Shown here: positions 25,053 to 35,015 of the stretch, in pieces
Position numbering within the stretch: position 1 is the stretch's first letter
Layout: every line of letters starts with the position of its first letter
IMG/VR virus record: IMGVR_UViG_3300024284_000010
Coordinates: 1-40,250 of that record
From: a virus
Lineage: Duplodnaviria > Caudoviricetes
DNA length: 40,250 nt
Reading direction: 5' to 3' (one strand)
Made by a program: the position numbers and the translations under genes
Notes under the pieces: model-generated
Databases searched by the model: none
Seen by the model: only the letters and a program-made list of their open reading frames with translations
What the model was told of the DNA's origin: nothing

Positions 25053-25370
25053 CTACTCTTTCATGTATGTATAAGCAATAGAAAAACTTCCATTAGCTGC
25101 GCCATTTCCATAGAACATCGTTCCCTTTGGAAATGTAGATAAGTCATCGTCCAAAACTAAAGCCTCTGCACCTGCAAAAGTTTTCCATTGAATTAGGGAA
25201 GACCCACCATCAAAAGAAATAGAAAGCACAACTGCGGTTGTGCTTTGATTATCTAGAATAAGTTTAACGGGTGCATGTAAAAGCGTTCCGATTAAAGCCG
25301 AGCTTCCCGTCATTGCCGTTATTAATTCTGGCGCAGGTAAGGAAAGTTGATTATTCCAATACTGTGACAT
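25053..25370 (-). CDS. Small virion protein (putative)
   Basis: 105-aa beta-rich ORF in the tail cluster. Confidence 0.55.
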   Translation of the reverse strand: MSQYWNNQLSLPAPELITAMTGSSALIGTLLHAPVKLILDNQSTTAVVLSISFDGGSSLIQWKTFAGAEALVLDDDLSTFPKGTMFYGNGAANGSFSIAYTYMKE

Positions 25371-25372
25371 AG

Positions 25373-25600
25373 TTACTCGCTTTTTGGTTGTTCTTCTACT
25401 GGCAATTTAGCTAATTCTTGAGCTTGTTTTGCCTGTTCAATTCTACCTAACAGGAACGCATTAATTTGATTATTAGCTTCTACAGCATCAGGAAGCGGTG
25501 AATCAGGAGAACAAGAAAATTCGTAATCTTTTTCGTTAACTTGAACACTTACAATCGATTTCATTTTTAGCATATTGTTTATATCTCCACATGTTTCCAA
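25373..25600 (-). CDS. Hypothetical protein (start likely at MLKMK)
   Basis: Co-oriented ORF with GGAG upstream of an internal ATG. Confidence 0.55.
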   Translation of the reverse strand: METCGDINNMLKMKSIVSVQVNEKDYEFSCSPDSPLPDAVEANNQINAFLLGRIEQAKQAQELAKLPVEEQPKSE

Positions 25601-26091
25601 TTTCTATTTCTTGATATATCGCAGATAGCGCCTCGGCTAACTCCGAATATTTCCCCGATAGTGCGTTGTGGGATCTTTTCTTTCAACATAATCTTTATTT
25701 TTATAACTTCTTCTATAGTAAGTTTTGCAAAGTTGCTTTTTTTTCCTCTTCGTCCTATTCTTCTACCTTTATCAAAAGCATCTTTTGTATTATCTTTAAC
25801 AGTTCCTAAAAAAAGATGATCTATATTTAAACAAGAAGGATTGTCACATGTATGGCAAATTACTTTACCTTCAGGGTATTCGTCTTTTTCTATAAACCAT
25901 ATTAATCTAGTGGAATGAACAAATTTTTTAAAATATTTCATTCTTCCATAACCATCTTTGTCTACGTATCCTATCCATTCCAAACAACCGTTTTTCCAAG
26001 ATACATTAGACTCGATAACTATTTTTATATGATTTTTTATTTCTTCCTGTGTGGCTCTTTTCCAGCAAAATTTAGAACTAAATTTATTCAT
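25579..26091 (-). CDS. Free-standing HNH homing endonuclease with C-terminal HTH
   Basis: GCLEWIG...DGYG, ICHTCDNPSCLNIDHLFLGTVKDN, AKLT...QRTIGEIFGVSRGAI. Confidence 0.92.
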   Translation of the reverse strand: MNKFSSKFCWKRATQEEIKNHIKIVIESNVSWKNGCLEWIGYVDKDGYGRMKYFKKFVHSTRLIWFIEKDEYPEGKVICHTCDNPSCLNIDHLFLGTVKDNTKDAFDKGRRIGRRGKKSNFAKLTIEEVIKIKIMLKEKIPQRTIGEIFGVSRGAICDISRNRNWKHVEI

Positions 26092-26192
26092 AATCCCTCT
26101 AAGATTATTCTCTATTTAAAATATTTAGGAAGGTACTAGAGTTGTACTTTTCGGACCGTCGTCCTATCCTAAACACATTTTATTATATCTTA

Positions 26193-28667
26193 TTATGCAG
26201 CAATTATCCAGAAGTTAATTGTTACATTGCCATTTAGAGCCGCAGCCCCATTATTTTTCAAAGTAACTTCCATTGAGCCTGCGATTCTTTTAACACGCAT
26301 AATAGACATCTGAGCATCGTTCGCACCTTCGTTACAAGCAGTAACAAATAGATTTGAAGCTGTAGTTATAATACTATTTGTAATAGTAAATACTTGTGAG
26401 GCTGCTGAAGCTGTTGTAAACCCTGTAAAAATTGCTGCTCCAACGTTTGTATTGATAGTAGATGCAGCAGTCGGACTTGCTTGTGTATCTCTTACAGGAA
26501 GCAAAGTGGCAAAACCAGCCGAACTAATGTCGACAGATCCTCCGCCTGTAGTAATATCAATACCACCCGCAGCATTAGAAGCACTCAAAACAATTGCGTT
26601 GGCCACAGCTTCTGTTGCTGTGATATTAACACTTGATCCTGTGGCTATGATGTCAATATCTTCACCAGCGGCAGCGCCAGAAGCAAGAATATCAATACCA
26701 CCTGCGGTAGATTCAATTTTAATCGAATCAGCAGCACTTTCAGAAGCAGTAAGGATTACAGAACCGCCAGAAGATGATAAGGTCAAGTCTACCGATGCAC
26801 CGGTTACAGTAAGATTTGAAGCTAAAGAAGCATCTAAAGAAATAGCTCCAGTAGTTAGCACATCAAATCCACCAGTGCTGGAATCAATATCGATACCACC
26901 TCCAGCAGTATTTGCTTCTAGATTGATAGCATTCGAAGTTCCAAGACCTCCGGCAATTGTAATGCCGCCTACATCCGAATGAATGTTTACAGAGGAAACC
27001 GCTGTACCTTGGTCAGCATGCAGATCAATTGTTTCAGTTATACCACCGTTAGCATGTAGATAGATCGCCAGGGCTGCGTTTTCTGTTGATGAAACTAGAA
27101 CGCTACCCAAGACTGAACTTAATGTTAAGTCAGCTCCTGCACCTGTAACAGTAACATTAGAATTTGCTGTTCCGTCAATGCTGAAGGCCACTGCATCAAG
27201 AGTAATTGCTGTTGATAATGAGTTACCGATTGCAACGGTTCCTGTTGATGTGCCTGTATTAATATTAGTATTGCTATTTTGAGATGCGTTTACGTTTGCA
27301 ACACCAAGAAGATTAAAGGTTGTCAGTCCGTCAGCATTACCTAGATTCGCTGTTTTAGTTCCTGTTCCTGTCATTAGGTTTAAAGCCATTGTACCAGCAG
27401 CTCTATTGCCAGAAGCGATGGAAGTTGTATGAGTTCCCGAAGTAACCGTCCCAGATGCGATGTTCGTAAGAACTTGACCTAAAGTCACACCGCCAGTGTT
27501 TACGTTAACTGTTTTAACTGAGTTAGCGTTTGTAGTTGCTCCATCAGGTCCAATATCAATAGTGTCGGTGACAGCTGCCACTACGACAGTTCCACCACCA
27601 ACAGTAATAGTTCTCGAGGCAGCAGGGGCCACATCAACCAAACTTGCTACAGTCAATCTTGGATTGCTACCCATTAATAATTGTGCTGTACTTGTTGTTC
27701 CTGTTCCTGAAAGTATTCTAACTATGCTTGAAGCTCCCGAAGCACCATTGGCAATATCAATCACTTGGGCAGATGCGTTTGCAGCACTACCAATATCAAT
27801 ATCTTGACCAGCGGTTGAAAGACCTAATGTAATAAGACCAGTTTGCGCAACATCTCCAATTGTAATTGTTGTTGTGACAGCACCAGTTAAAAGCATATCA
27901 TTGGTTCCGGCAGTTATGGTAACACCTGTAGCACCAGTATTATTACCAATAGTAATTGTATTAGCTGCCGCATCATCACCAATATGAATATCGTTACCAC
28001 CACCATTAACAAAGAAATCACCTGTACCAACATCAAAAGTAATTGCACCAGCAGCAGCATTTCCGACAGTTGTCGTTCCCGCTCCTACTGTATTTACGGT
28101 GACAGTACCATTGACGGCTAATCCAGAAAGTGTAATTGTTCCTGAAACGGTCAAATCACCTCCTATCGAAGCATCATCTGTAACAACTAAATCATCGCCA
28201 ATGGTTGCATCTCCAACGACAGTTAAATTAGTACCAACTGTCATTGTAGTTGTGGAAGCAATGGAACCAGGTGCAATAAACGTATTAGGAATAGAAAAGA
28301 TAAGTTGTCCGACAGCTGCAGTAACTACAATTTGATTCGAATTAACACCTACTAAGGCAATATTTCCACCAACTGGAGCGACTGTTGTTATGCCATTAGA
28401 AAGAGTATTAAGAACGCCACCGCTATTTGAAACAAGTGTCCAAGATGGTATACCGGAAACATTACCGCCTTGATAGTATAAATTTCCCGAACCAGTCGTA
28501 CCATTAGAATTACGAATATCTAAGCTAGAAAGCCAAAGGTAACCAGCGGAATATTGCTTATCTGTGGTATTGCTTGGATTACGACCTGCGATAACCATTG
28601 GCATTACTGAGCCGCCTTGAGGGGCGTCATTATATTGGAAGGAACTAGGAATCATAGGCGACGTCAT
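26193..28667 (-). CDS. Long tail fibre-like protein (824 aa)
   Basis: Gly/Ala/Thr/Ser-rich with many short internal repeats (GGIDI, AAGEDIDI); GAGG RBS. Confidence 0.75.
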   Translation of the reverse strand: MTSPMIPSSFQYNDAPQGGSVMPMVIAGRNPSNTTDKQYSAGYLWLSSLDIRNSNGTTGSGNLYYQGGNVSGIPSWTLVSNSGGVLNTLSNGITTVAPVGGNIALVGVNSNQIVVTAAVGQLIFSIPNTFIAPGSIASTTTMTVGTNLTVVGDATIGDDLVVTDDASIGGDLTVSGTITLSGLAVNGTVTVNTVGAGTTTVGNAAAGAITFDVGTGDFFVNGGGNDIHIGDDAAANTITIGNNTGATGVTITAGTNDMLLTGAVTTTITIGDVAQTGLITLGLSTAGQDIDIGSAANASAQVIDIANGASGASSIVRILSGTGTTSTAQLLMGSNPRLTVASLVDVAPAASRTITVGGGTVVVAAVTDTIDIGPDGATTNANSVKTVNVNTGGVTLGQVLTNIASGTVTSGTHTTSIASGNRAAGTMALNLMTGTGTKTANLGNADGLTTFNLLGVANVNASQNSNTNINTGTSTGTVAIGNSLSTAITLDAVAFSIDGTANSNVTVTGAGADLTLSSVLGSVLVSSTENAALAIYLHANGGITETIDLHADQGTAVSSVNIHSDVGGITIAGGLGTSNAINLEANTAGGGIDIDSSTGGFDVLTTGAISLDASLASNLTVTGASVDLTLSSSGGSVILTASESAADSIKIESTAGGIDILASGAAAGEDIDIIATGSSVNITATEAVANAIVLSASNAAGGIDITTGGGSVDISSAGFATLLPVRDTQASPTAASTINTNVGAAIFTGFTTASAASQVFTITNSIITTASNLFVTACNEGANDAQMSIMRVKRIAGSMEVTLKNNGAAALNGNVTINFWIIAA

Positions 28668-28764
28668 ATAAACCTCTTTGTTAGATTGACCTCACTATGT
28701 ATAAGTGTAATTAAAGTTTGAAGTATCTCATTTGATCATGATTGCACTCTATGGAAGGTTTCAT

Positions 28765-28971
28765 ATGGAACAAGAATTTTATAGCATTAAAGAAGTCGCG
28801 ATAATATTTGCAGTCCATGAGATCACGATTAGGAGAGCTATTAATAAAGGTTTTTTGAATTCTGTTAGAGTTGGTAATGGAAAGAGAAGCCCATATAGAA
28901 TAAGCAAAAAAGTCATTGCCTTAATCCACGAATCACTGATAAAGTCACTGGCTTCTAAAGCAAAAGGATGA
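28765..28971 (+). CDS. Excisionase-like HTH DNA-binding protein
   Basis: FYSIKEVAIIFAVHEITIRRAINKGFLNSVRVG...YRI. Confidence 0.8.
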   Translation: MEQEFYSIKEVAIIFAVHEITIRRAINKGFLNSVRVGNGKRSPYRISKKVIALIHESLIKSLASKAKG

Positions 28972-28974
28972 ATC

Positions 28975-29184
28975 ATGGAGTGGTTTAAAAAACATACTGA
29001 TACTGTTATAATTTTAACTGGTATTATTTCATCCGTTTTATGGATGAATGTAAAGTTTAATGATATAGATAAAAATTTTTCTAAAATGGAAAAAGAAATA
29101 GCAATCGTAAAAACAGTACTAATTATGCAAAAAATTATGCCTGCTGAATTAGCTTCTATGGATTTAAAAAAAAAGGATTCATAA
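28975..29184 (+). CDS. Small membrane-anchored coiled-coil protein
   Basis: One TM segment (VIILTGIISSVLWM) followed by a heptad repeat. Confidence 0.6.
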   Translation: MEWFKKHTDTVIILTGIISSVLWMNVKFNDIDKNFSKMEKEIAIVKTVLIMQKIMPAELASMDLKKKDS

Positions 29185-29393
29185 TGGATACCTCTAGAAA
29201 AATAGAAGAAATAGAAATTTTTAAATATATCTATGCGCTGATTGCATCTTCAAACATTAATGAACGTGCAAAGAAAGAAATTTTAGAAAAAGTTGATTGG
29301 GAACTTTATTATGCTAAAAGAAATATAGTTCTTTCTCTAGGCGAAGACGAATATAATAGATTATGCGCTATTGAGGAAAGGAATAAGAAATGA
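29184..29393 (+). CDS. Hypothetical protein
   Basis: TAATG coupling with the upstream gene. Confidence 0.6.
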   Translation: MDTSRKIEEIEIFKYIYALIASSNINERAKKEILEKVDWELYYAKRNIVLSLGEDEYNRLCAIEERNKK

Positions 29394-29902
29394 ACATAAA
29401 AAAATCTAGACTAAAAAGAATATGCGGAAAAGATGAAGAAGCAGATTTAGACTATTCAGACGTTGACCCTTGCTATAAAGAGCCAGAAATTCCAGATGAA
29501 CTAGCGAAAACTGATGAAAGAACTTGGATCTCGCTTGGAAATAGGATGTTCCATATTGAAGATGTTCAGTCTATGTATATTCAGGCAAACCATTTAATCA
29601 TTAACTTTGACTATACTGATAAGCAAATTGTTATCCATTTTGGATATGGCGACGAAGGAACAAAAAACGCTAAGATAGTGTTCGAAGCTCTGAGAGAAAT
29701 GTACGGAGCCTATAAAATCAATCTTCCTGAAGATGCCAATCTTTATCCTGATATATTAAAAACTGCCTATGGAGATGAAATAAGAAGAGAAGTCCAATCT
29801 CAGGTGCATTTTGAAACGACTAGATATAAAGAAAGACATAAGAATAAATTAAGAAAAATTACTGATGAATTGACTAATCTTAAGAAAAAAATGGCAGGTT
29901 AA
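29390..29902 (+). CDS. Hypothetical protein
   Basis: ATGA coupling; 170 aa. Confidence 0.65.
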   Translation: MNIKKSRLKRICGKDEEADLDYSDVDPCYKEPEIPDELAKTDERTWISLGNRMFHIEDVQSMYIQANHLIINFDYTDKQIVIHFGYGDEGTKNAKIVFEALREMYGAYKINLPEDANLYPDILKTAYGDEIRREVQSQVHFETTRYKERHKNKLRKITDELTNLKKKMAG

Positions 29903-30298
29903 ATGATTCCCAGTGTAATAATCAATGATGATCATGTGATGATCCCTATATTCCAAACATCGGTTTTTTGTTATCTCAAATGGGAAGATGATGTTGATGT
30001 TGAAACATTTTTAAAATCAATTACAATTAACAATTTTGGTATGTGCTGGGATAACGCCCATGTATGGACTAAAATTTGTGATGCAGAAGAAAAGCCAGAA
30101 GGTGAGTTTTATTTATATGTTTATGATGTCAAATGTTACAAAACAGAGCGAGAATTTCATTTAATTTCATATGGTGAAATTACAGATTTTGAAGATATAA
30201 AAAATTGTGTTTGTTTGCCTTTTAATAGATTAAATTTATTAAAATTTTATAAAGAATATTTGATACCTTTTTCAGGCGCAGATTTCTTTACTGGATAA
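29903..30298 (+). CDS. Hypothetical protein
   Basis: Abuts the upstream stop; 131 aa. Confidence 0.6.
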   Translation: MIPSVIINDDHVMIPIFQTSVFCYLKWEDDVDVETFLKSITINNFGMCWDNAHVWTKICDAEEKPEGEFYLYVYDVKCYKTEREFHLISYGEITDFEDIKNCVCLPFNRLNLLKFYKEYLIPFSGADFFTG

Positions 30299-30384
30299 TT
30301 ACTTCTTTTTCTTCTTAGCCTTCTTTTTTCCATGAGCTTGAAGGAAAAGAAGCAATTTACTTAAAAAATCTTGTTTATCTTTTG

Positions 30385-31701
30385 TCATTTCTTTTTCTTC
30401 TTCTTTTTAGCAGCTTGTACGGCTGGTTCATATGCGCTATAGATTGGCTCGTGAGTTTCTTCGTATTCTTGGCCTTTTCCGCCTCTTTCAGTCTGTAATT
30501 TTCGAATGAGCTTTGATAAAGCTGCACCGATAGGGGATTTTGATCCCGCCTTCCACGCACCGATAAAGTTTTCGCCTGATGTTTTTCTGGTTGAGAGTAT
30601 GTCAGTAAGTAATGCAGCATCTTCAGCAGAGATATTTCCATATTTGTAAAGCTTACCTGTATGAGGCAAAAATTGCAGCGTATTTGTCTCAGGATTATAT
30701 CCAGCCCATTGAACCATGCGAGAAACGTCTTCACCTGTCTCAGATTCGATTCCTTGGATGAGTTCATCATATAGGTCGGCTAACTCTTTTTCTGGCAATG
30801 GCGAGGCTTCTAATTCGTCCTCTTTAACTTTATGTAGTTTTCCATCAATGTCAATTAATGCTTGGCCGTTACGCAATTCTTTTATTTCACCAATGCCCTG
30901 AGGAGATGATACGGATGAACCTTTTTCAATTGTTGGTTTCGACTCATTCAGATCTTTTTCAATTATTGGTTCTGGTTCAGGCTTTGGTTCTTTTGAATAA
31001 GCATCAATATTTGCCAACAATTCAGGATCAATTTTACCACTAACTTTACCTGCTCCGCCTTGCATACCTAAAGTTGCTGCTGCCTGCTCTGGAGTATTCC
31101 CACGCTTAAGTAAGTCGTCAACCTTATCTTTAATGCCTAATTTCTCTAAATATTCTCTAGGATTAATAATTCCTTCAGGTTGCGTAACTTGTTGAGGCTG
31201 TGCTATATTAGGTGCAACTTGATTAACTAAAGGGGGCTGTTGTGAAGAATCTAATAATTGGCCTGCTTGTTGGGGCATTTGTTGTGTGGGCGCCGATGGA
31301 GTGGCGTTTTGAGGCTGCTCAGATGGATTATACATACCTGATTGGCCAGCAATGCCAGGCAACGCTTTCTGAATCGAGGAAGGCAGAGCTCTGGCAAGAG
31401 CTGAGCGAGCAGCAATTCCAGCGATTGGTGCAGCAACAGCAGAAGCTGCAATCTTTAAACCATATTTAGTTCTTTCTGCATCAGCTCGTTTATTAGCAGT
31501 GTGGCGTTCAGTTTCCGTCATGCCTCGTCTATCTTGTTGATCAAAATTCTTAGATAGAAAACCTAGAATTTGCTGAATAGTGTAACCTGCTTTTTGTGCT
31601 TTTTTAATTGGCTTTGACATTTGAGGGATGGACTTAGACAGATAACTTAATATCTCTTCTGGGGCATACCCTTGTTCTAAAGCTTGAAAAAAAGAACTCA
31701 T
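30385..31701 (-). CDS. Putative ejection/internal virion protein with KTSC-like C-terminal domain
   Basis: Q/P-rich linker; VQWAGYNPETNTLQFLPHTGKLYKYGNIS; ends in seven Lys. Confidence 0.55.
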   Translation of the reverse strand: MSSFFQALEQGYAPEEILSYLSKSIPQMSKPIKKAQKAGYTIQQILGFLSKNFDQQDRRGMTETERHTANKRADAERTKYGLKIAASAVAAPIAGIAARSALARALPSSIQKALPGIAGQSGMYNPSEQPQNATPSAPTQQMPQQAGQLLDSSQQPPLVNQVAPNIAQPQQVTQPEGIINPREYLEKLGIKDKVDDLLKRGNTPEQAAATLGMQGGAGKVSGKIDPELLANIDAYSKEPKPEPEPIIEKDLNESKPTIEKGSSVSSPQGIGEIKELRNGQALIDIDGKLHKVKEDELEASPLPEKELADLYDELIQGIESETGEDVSRMVQWAGYNPETNTLQFLPHTGKLYKYGNISAEDAALLTDILSTRKTSGENFIGAWKAGSKSPIGAALSKLIRKLQTERGGKGQEYEETHEPIYSAYEPAVQAAKKKKKKK

Positions 31702-32987
31702 TTGTTGCCTCTGAAAAATGCTGGTAATCTTGATAAATCTCTAAAAATATCAGGCAAAGATTGTGTGGGTGGTTGAGTGTCTATAATTGTAGCTTCGCGC
31801 CCTTGCTCAGAATTTAATTTCAATCCTCTCTTCTCAGCTTCTCTGACGGCAGGACCAATCTGTTGCCAATCATAATCTTTATCCTTCCAAAGTTTTTCCC
31901 TTAAGTTTAACAATGAAGTTTCATTATCAACATTTTTCAAGAAAAAGTCTGTCAATCTATCTTGCATCACTTTAAGTGCTTGTGGATCTTTTTCCCTAGC
32001 TTCTTCATAAGATATAAATGGGTTGTTTTTTGTAGGAGCAAAGTAACTTAATTCTTCGCCTGTTCTCGCTGGAAACACACCTTTAGATAATGAATCTAAT
32101 GCTTTCTCATGTTTTGAAGTTAAAGGATGATAGAGGCTTTCTATCTCAGTCGGAGACACATAATTATCTGCCAAATATGCTCTATCTTCTTGCTCTAAAC
32201 CTAGTTTCTTATTTTCTTGTAAAGAAGGAATTAAAGCATTTAATGCTTTTTCTCGATCTCTACCTAGTAAAGCCTGTCCCATACCAGGTATAAAAGCTGT
32301 TTGAATTTTTTGATCATTAGCTTTTACTTTATTGAAATTCCTAACTCCATTTTGAGCCCATTCAGATGGATTTCTTGGGTCAAGATGGGAATTAACAACC
32401 ATAAATCTAGGTAAATCAGAAGGAGAAACATGAGATTTTAAAGCCGCATCTTCTAAGGCTTCTCTTTGTGCAGTTGCATTTTGATTCTGATTTTGAAGAG
32501 AATTATATCTAATTTGATATGCATTTGGATCGCCAAGTTGCAAAGCATATCTTTTTGATTCCTCTTCCATATCTTTAGGAGTCATTATATTAAAAGGGCT
32601 TGGAGTAGCAAATGTTCCTTCTTGAGGTTGAGTTTGACCTTGATTTCCTTGGGATTGTCCTCCCATTGAAGGAGTTTGATTAGGTTGACCTTGTGGTTGA
32701 TCGCCAAATGCTCTACCAACTTTTGATTGCTGCAAATACTGCTGCCCAAGTCCAGATCTTTCTAGTCCTGGATTCATAGTGTAAGCTTTAGCGAGCGCAG
32801 GAAGTATTTTATTAATATCTCCACCAGCAGCACCAAGAGCCTCTTGAAGTTGGTCAATAGCTCCAAGTCCTTGGCCACGTTGAAATCCTTGCTGAACTGC
32901 ACCTGGTAAAACGCCTTGTAATGCTTTTCCAACATCCTGGCCTATTACGTCAAAAGGTGTTCGTTGATTTGGTAAGATAGAAACCAT
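31698..32987 (-). CDS. Putative ejection/internal virion protein
   Basis: G/Q/A-rich helical N-terminus; position after the pilot-like gene. Confidence 0.55.
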   Translation of the reverse strand: MVSILPNQRTPFDVIGQDVGKALQGVLPGAVQQGFQRGQGLGAIDQLQEALGAAGGDINKILPALAKAYTMNPGLERSGLGQQYLQQSKVGRAFGDQPQGQPNQTPSMGGQSQGNQGQTQPQEGTFATPSPFNIMTPKDMEEESKRYALQLGDPNAYQIRYNSLQNQNQNATAQREALEDAALKSHVSPSDLPRFMVVNSHLDPRNPSEWAQNGVRNFNKVKANDQKIQTAFIPGMGQALLGRDREKALNALIPSLQENKKLGLEQEDRAYLADNYVSPTEIESLYHPLTSKHEKALDSLSKGVFPARTGEELSYFAPTKNNPFISYEEAREKDPQALKVMQDRLTDFFLKNVDNETSLLNLREKLWKDKDYDWQQIGPAVREAEKRGLKLNSEQGREATIIDTQPPTQSLPDIFRDLSRLPAFFRGNK

Positions 32988-33002
32988 TAGTTAAACCTTT
33001 AA

Positions 33003-33704
33003 TTAGTAAGTTCCAGGATATTGGCCTGCATAACCACGTTGCATTGATTGAGGATTTTGGAATCCTCCACCACTTTGAGTATTTCCAGCAGCTTGACCAG
33101 CTTGTTGCCCCCAAATACTTGCAGCACCTTGAGCAAATGGAGCAGCTAAAGAACCAAAACCACCAGAAGTAGGCCCTTGAAATGTGTTTTGAGTGGGCTG
33201 CAAAGCCTGTTGAAGCATTGTTTGCCAGTTCGAAATTGGCTGTTGGGAATATTGAAGCATTTGCGGCACGGCTCCTTGCTGCATCTGTCCTCTTTGAGCT
33301 GATAGATTAGTTGCTAGATTTTGAGCCTCACGACCTAATAAATTTCTAAAACCTGAGCTACCCGTGCTTCCACCGCTGCCCATACTGGCGTACCTGTTAC
33401 CTAGTTCTCCGCCCATTTCCTCAAATTGACGCATCGCAGGTGCCTCAAATTTGTTAAAAAACTCAGGATCATTGAATAAGGAATTAAAAAACTCATTTCC
33501 CTGTTGAAATCCTTGCTGTTGCCCAATATCTTGCTGAGGACCACCTACACCACCTTTAATATTCTGCTGAATCTGGTCAATAATACTTAAAGCACCTTTG
33601 TTATATGTAGAACCTTTTTCAGCTTTATTACCTGTCAAAGCTCCAATACCACTAGAAGCAAGACTAGCCAACATCATCATCATTGCAGGGTCGATCATAA
33701 ACAC
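33003..33704 (-). CDS. Putative DNA pilot/ejection protein
   Basis: Hydrophobic N-terminus, G/Q-rich, as in P22 gp7-like proteins. Confidence 0.6.
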   Translation of the reverse strand: MFMIDPAMMMMLASLASSGIGALTGNKAEKGSTYNKGALSIIDQIQQNIKGGVGGPQQDIGQQQGFQQGNEFFNSLFNDPEFFNKFEAPAMRQFEEMGGELGNRYASMGSGGSTGSSGFRNLLGREAQNLATNLSAQRGQMQQGAVPQMLQYSQQPISNWQTMLQQALQPTQNTFQGPTSGGFGSLAAPFAQGAASIWGQQAGQAAGNTQSGGGFQNPQSMQRGYAGQYPGTY

Positions 33705-33745
33705 CTCGTAATTTTTTCTTTATCGTATCACAAGTTTATTTTATT

Positions 33746-34414
33746 TTATAATTTTTTACGTGCTCTTTTGGCTGCTGACCATAAAACAGCAATTAAACTT
33801 GTTATTTTGTTTCCCCATCTTAAATATTGCTTAGTATCTTGAACCGCTTCGGTTAACTCATAATCAGAAAATTCATTGGCTAATCTTTGCTTATCACGAT
33901 CTGATATCTTGGCAGGCTTTATCATGTGAGGTATTTCTCTTGAAATGGGTACCCCTTTTACTTCCTTAGTACCATTTACAATAGATTCAATAGAAGAACT
34001 CCTCAATACGGGCTCATTTACAGCGCATTCCTCTCGTAAAAAAATAGAAACATCATTTAAATTTAAATAAATTAATTCATCATTTAAGAAATATAAATTA
34101 CTTTGATATCCACGCTTTTTCTTATATATCCACCCCAGATCTTGAAAGATTGCAGTTGCTCGTTTGACTGTAGCTATAGAGCATCCAACAGCATTAGCTA
34201 TCTTAAAAAGACAAGGAAAAACACATTTGAATTTCTTTGAAAACCATTGTAAATAAGCAAAGACTTTCTTTTGAAATTTACTTAATGTTTGATAGGTATT
34301 TAAAAAATCATTAACAAAAATTGAATGAATTGCCAATTTTATTTCACTTTTCAGGCTCTTCTTGTTGACTTTTATTGTGGGGGTTTGGTATATTCTGACC
34401 AGGTTAACGCCCAA
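33746..34414 (-). CDS. HTH protein resembling replication-initiator N-terminal domains (start uncertain)
   Basis: VFPCLFKIANAVGCSIATVKRATAIFQDLGWI...RGYQSNLY winged HTH. Confidence 0.7.
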   Translation of the reverse strand: MGVNLVRIYQTPTIKVNKKSLKSEIKLAIHSIFVNDFLNTYQTLSKFQKKVFAYLQWFSKKFKCVFPCLFKIANAVGCSIATVKRATAIFQDLGWIYKKKRGYQSNLYFLNDELIYLNLNDVSIFLREECAVNEPVLRSSSIESIVNGTKEVKGVPISREIPHMIKPAKISDRDKQRLANEFSDYELTEAVQDTKQYLRWGNKITSLIAVLWSAAKRARKKL

Positions 34415-34502
34415 ATAATCTCTAATCTGCTGTGAGCCTGGTAGTTCGGCAGTAGTTTAGAGATTATTATTTTTATCACATCTTGATAATTTATATCAAT
34501 CC

Positions 34503-35015
34503 TTAGTTTGCCCCATCTCTAACATATTCAATAACTATATATCCATCATATGCCGTCATATCTGCTGTAGTTGTGATAGTTATAGTTAGATCTGTCATTA
34601 CAAAAGTAATTCGAGAATTTCCTTCGCTGAAAAATGAAAAATATTCTCCGTCTCCTGCGCCAACTGCTGTACAAGGTTTAGAAGCTGATGCCCATAAATG
34701 AGTTACACGGAATTGTTCATTAATATTGCTTGGAGATGGTAAAACTAAGAGGCCATTATTAGGATATTGAACAACTCTTTCGACCCATCTAAAACCGTTA
34801 CGAATCTTTCTAGTAGTATCGTAAGACCATTTTTCCCCTGAAAAAGACTCTGAACTCTCTGTGAATCCTCCTATAGTCTTATCGTTAACTACGTCTGCAT
34901 ATTGAGCGAAAGTATCAACAAGAAACGTCTTTAAACGTTCTTGCTCTTCAGGAAAGTTAACCGTAGTCGGAAGGAATGGCGTAAAATCATTTTGAGGATT
35001 AGTTGGAGTTGTCAT
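34503..35015 (-). CDS. Putative tail protein
   Basis: Directly follows the large tail gene. Confidence 0.55.
   Translation of the reverse strand: MTTPTNPQNDFTPFLPTTVNFPEEQERLKTFLVDTFAQYADVVNDKTIGGFTESSESFSGEKWSYDTTRKIRNGFRWVERVVQYPNNGLLVLPSPSNINEQFRVTHLWASASKPCTAVGAGDGEYFSFFSEGNSRITFVMTDLTITITTTADMTAYDGYIVIEYVRDGAN

Noticed and set aside
26124-26173. Hammerhead ribozyme
   Set aside because: GAAA is present but the CUGANGA core is missing.
26452-28335. Plus-strand ORFs 26452..26982, 27496..27807 and 28099..28335
   Set aside because: Shadows of the low-complexity fibre gene.
22437-28667. Diversity-generating retroelement or invertible fibre cassette
   Set aside because: No reverse transcriptase, invertase or template/variable repeat pair seen.
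28975-29184. Holin
   Set aside because: Single TM segment, strand opposite the late genes and no adjacent endolysin; unsupported.
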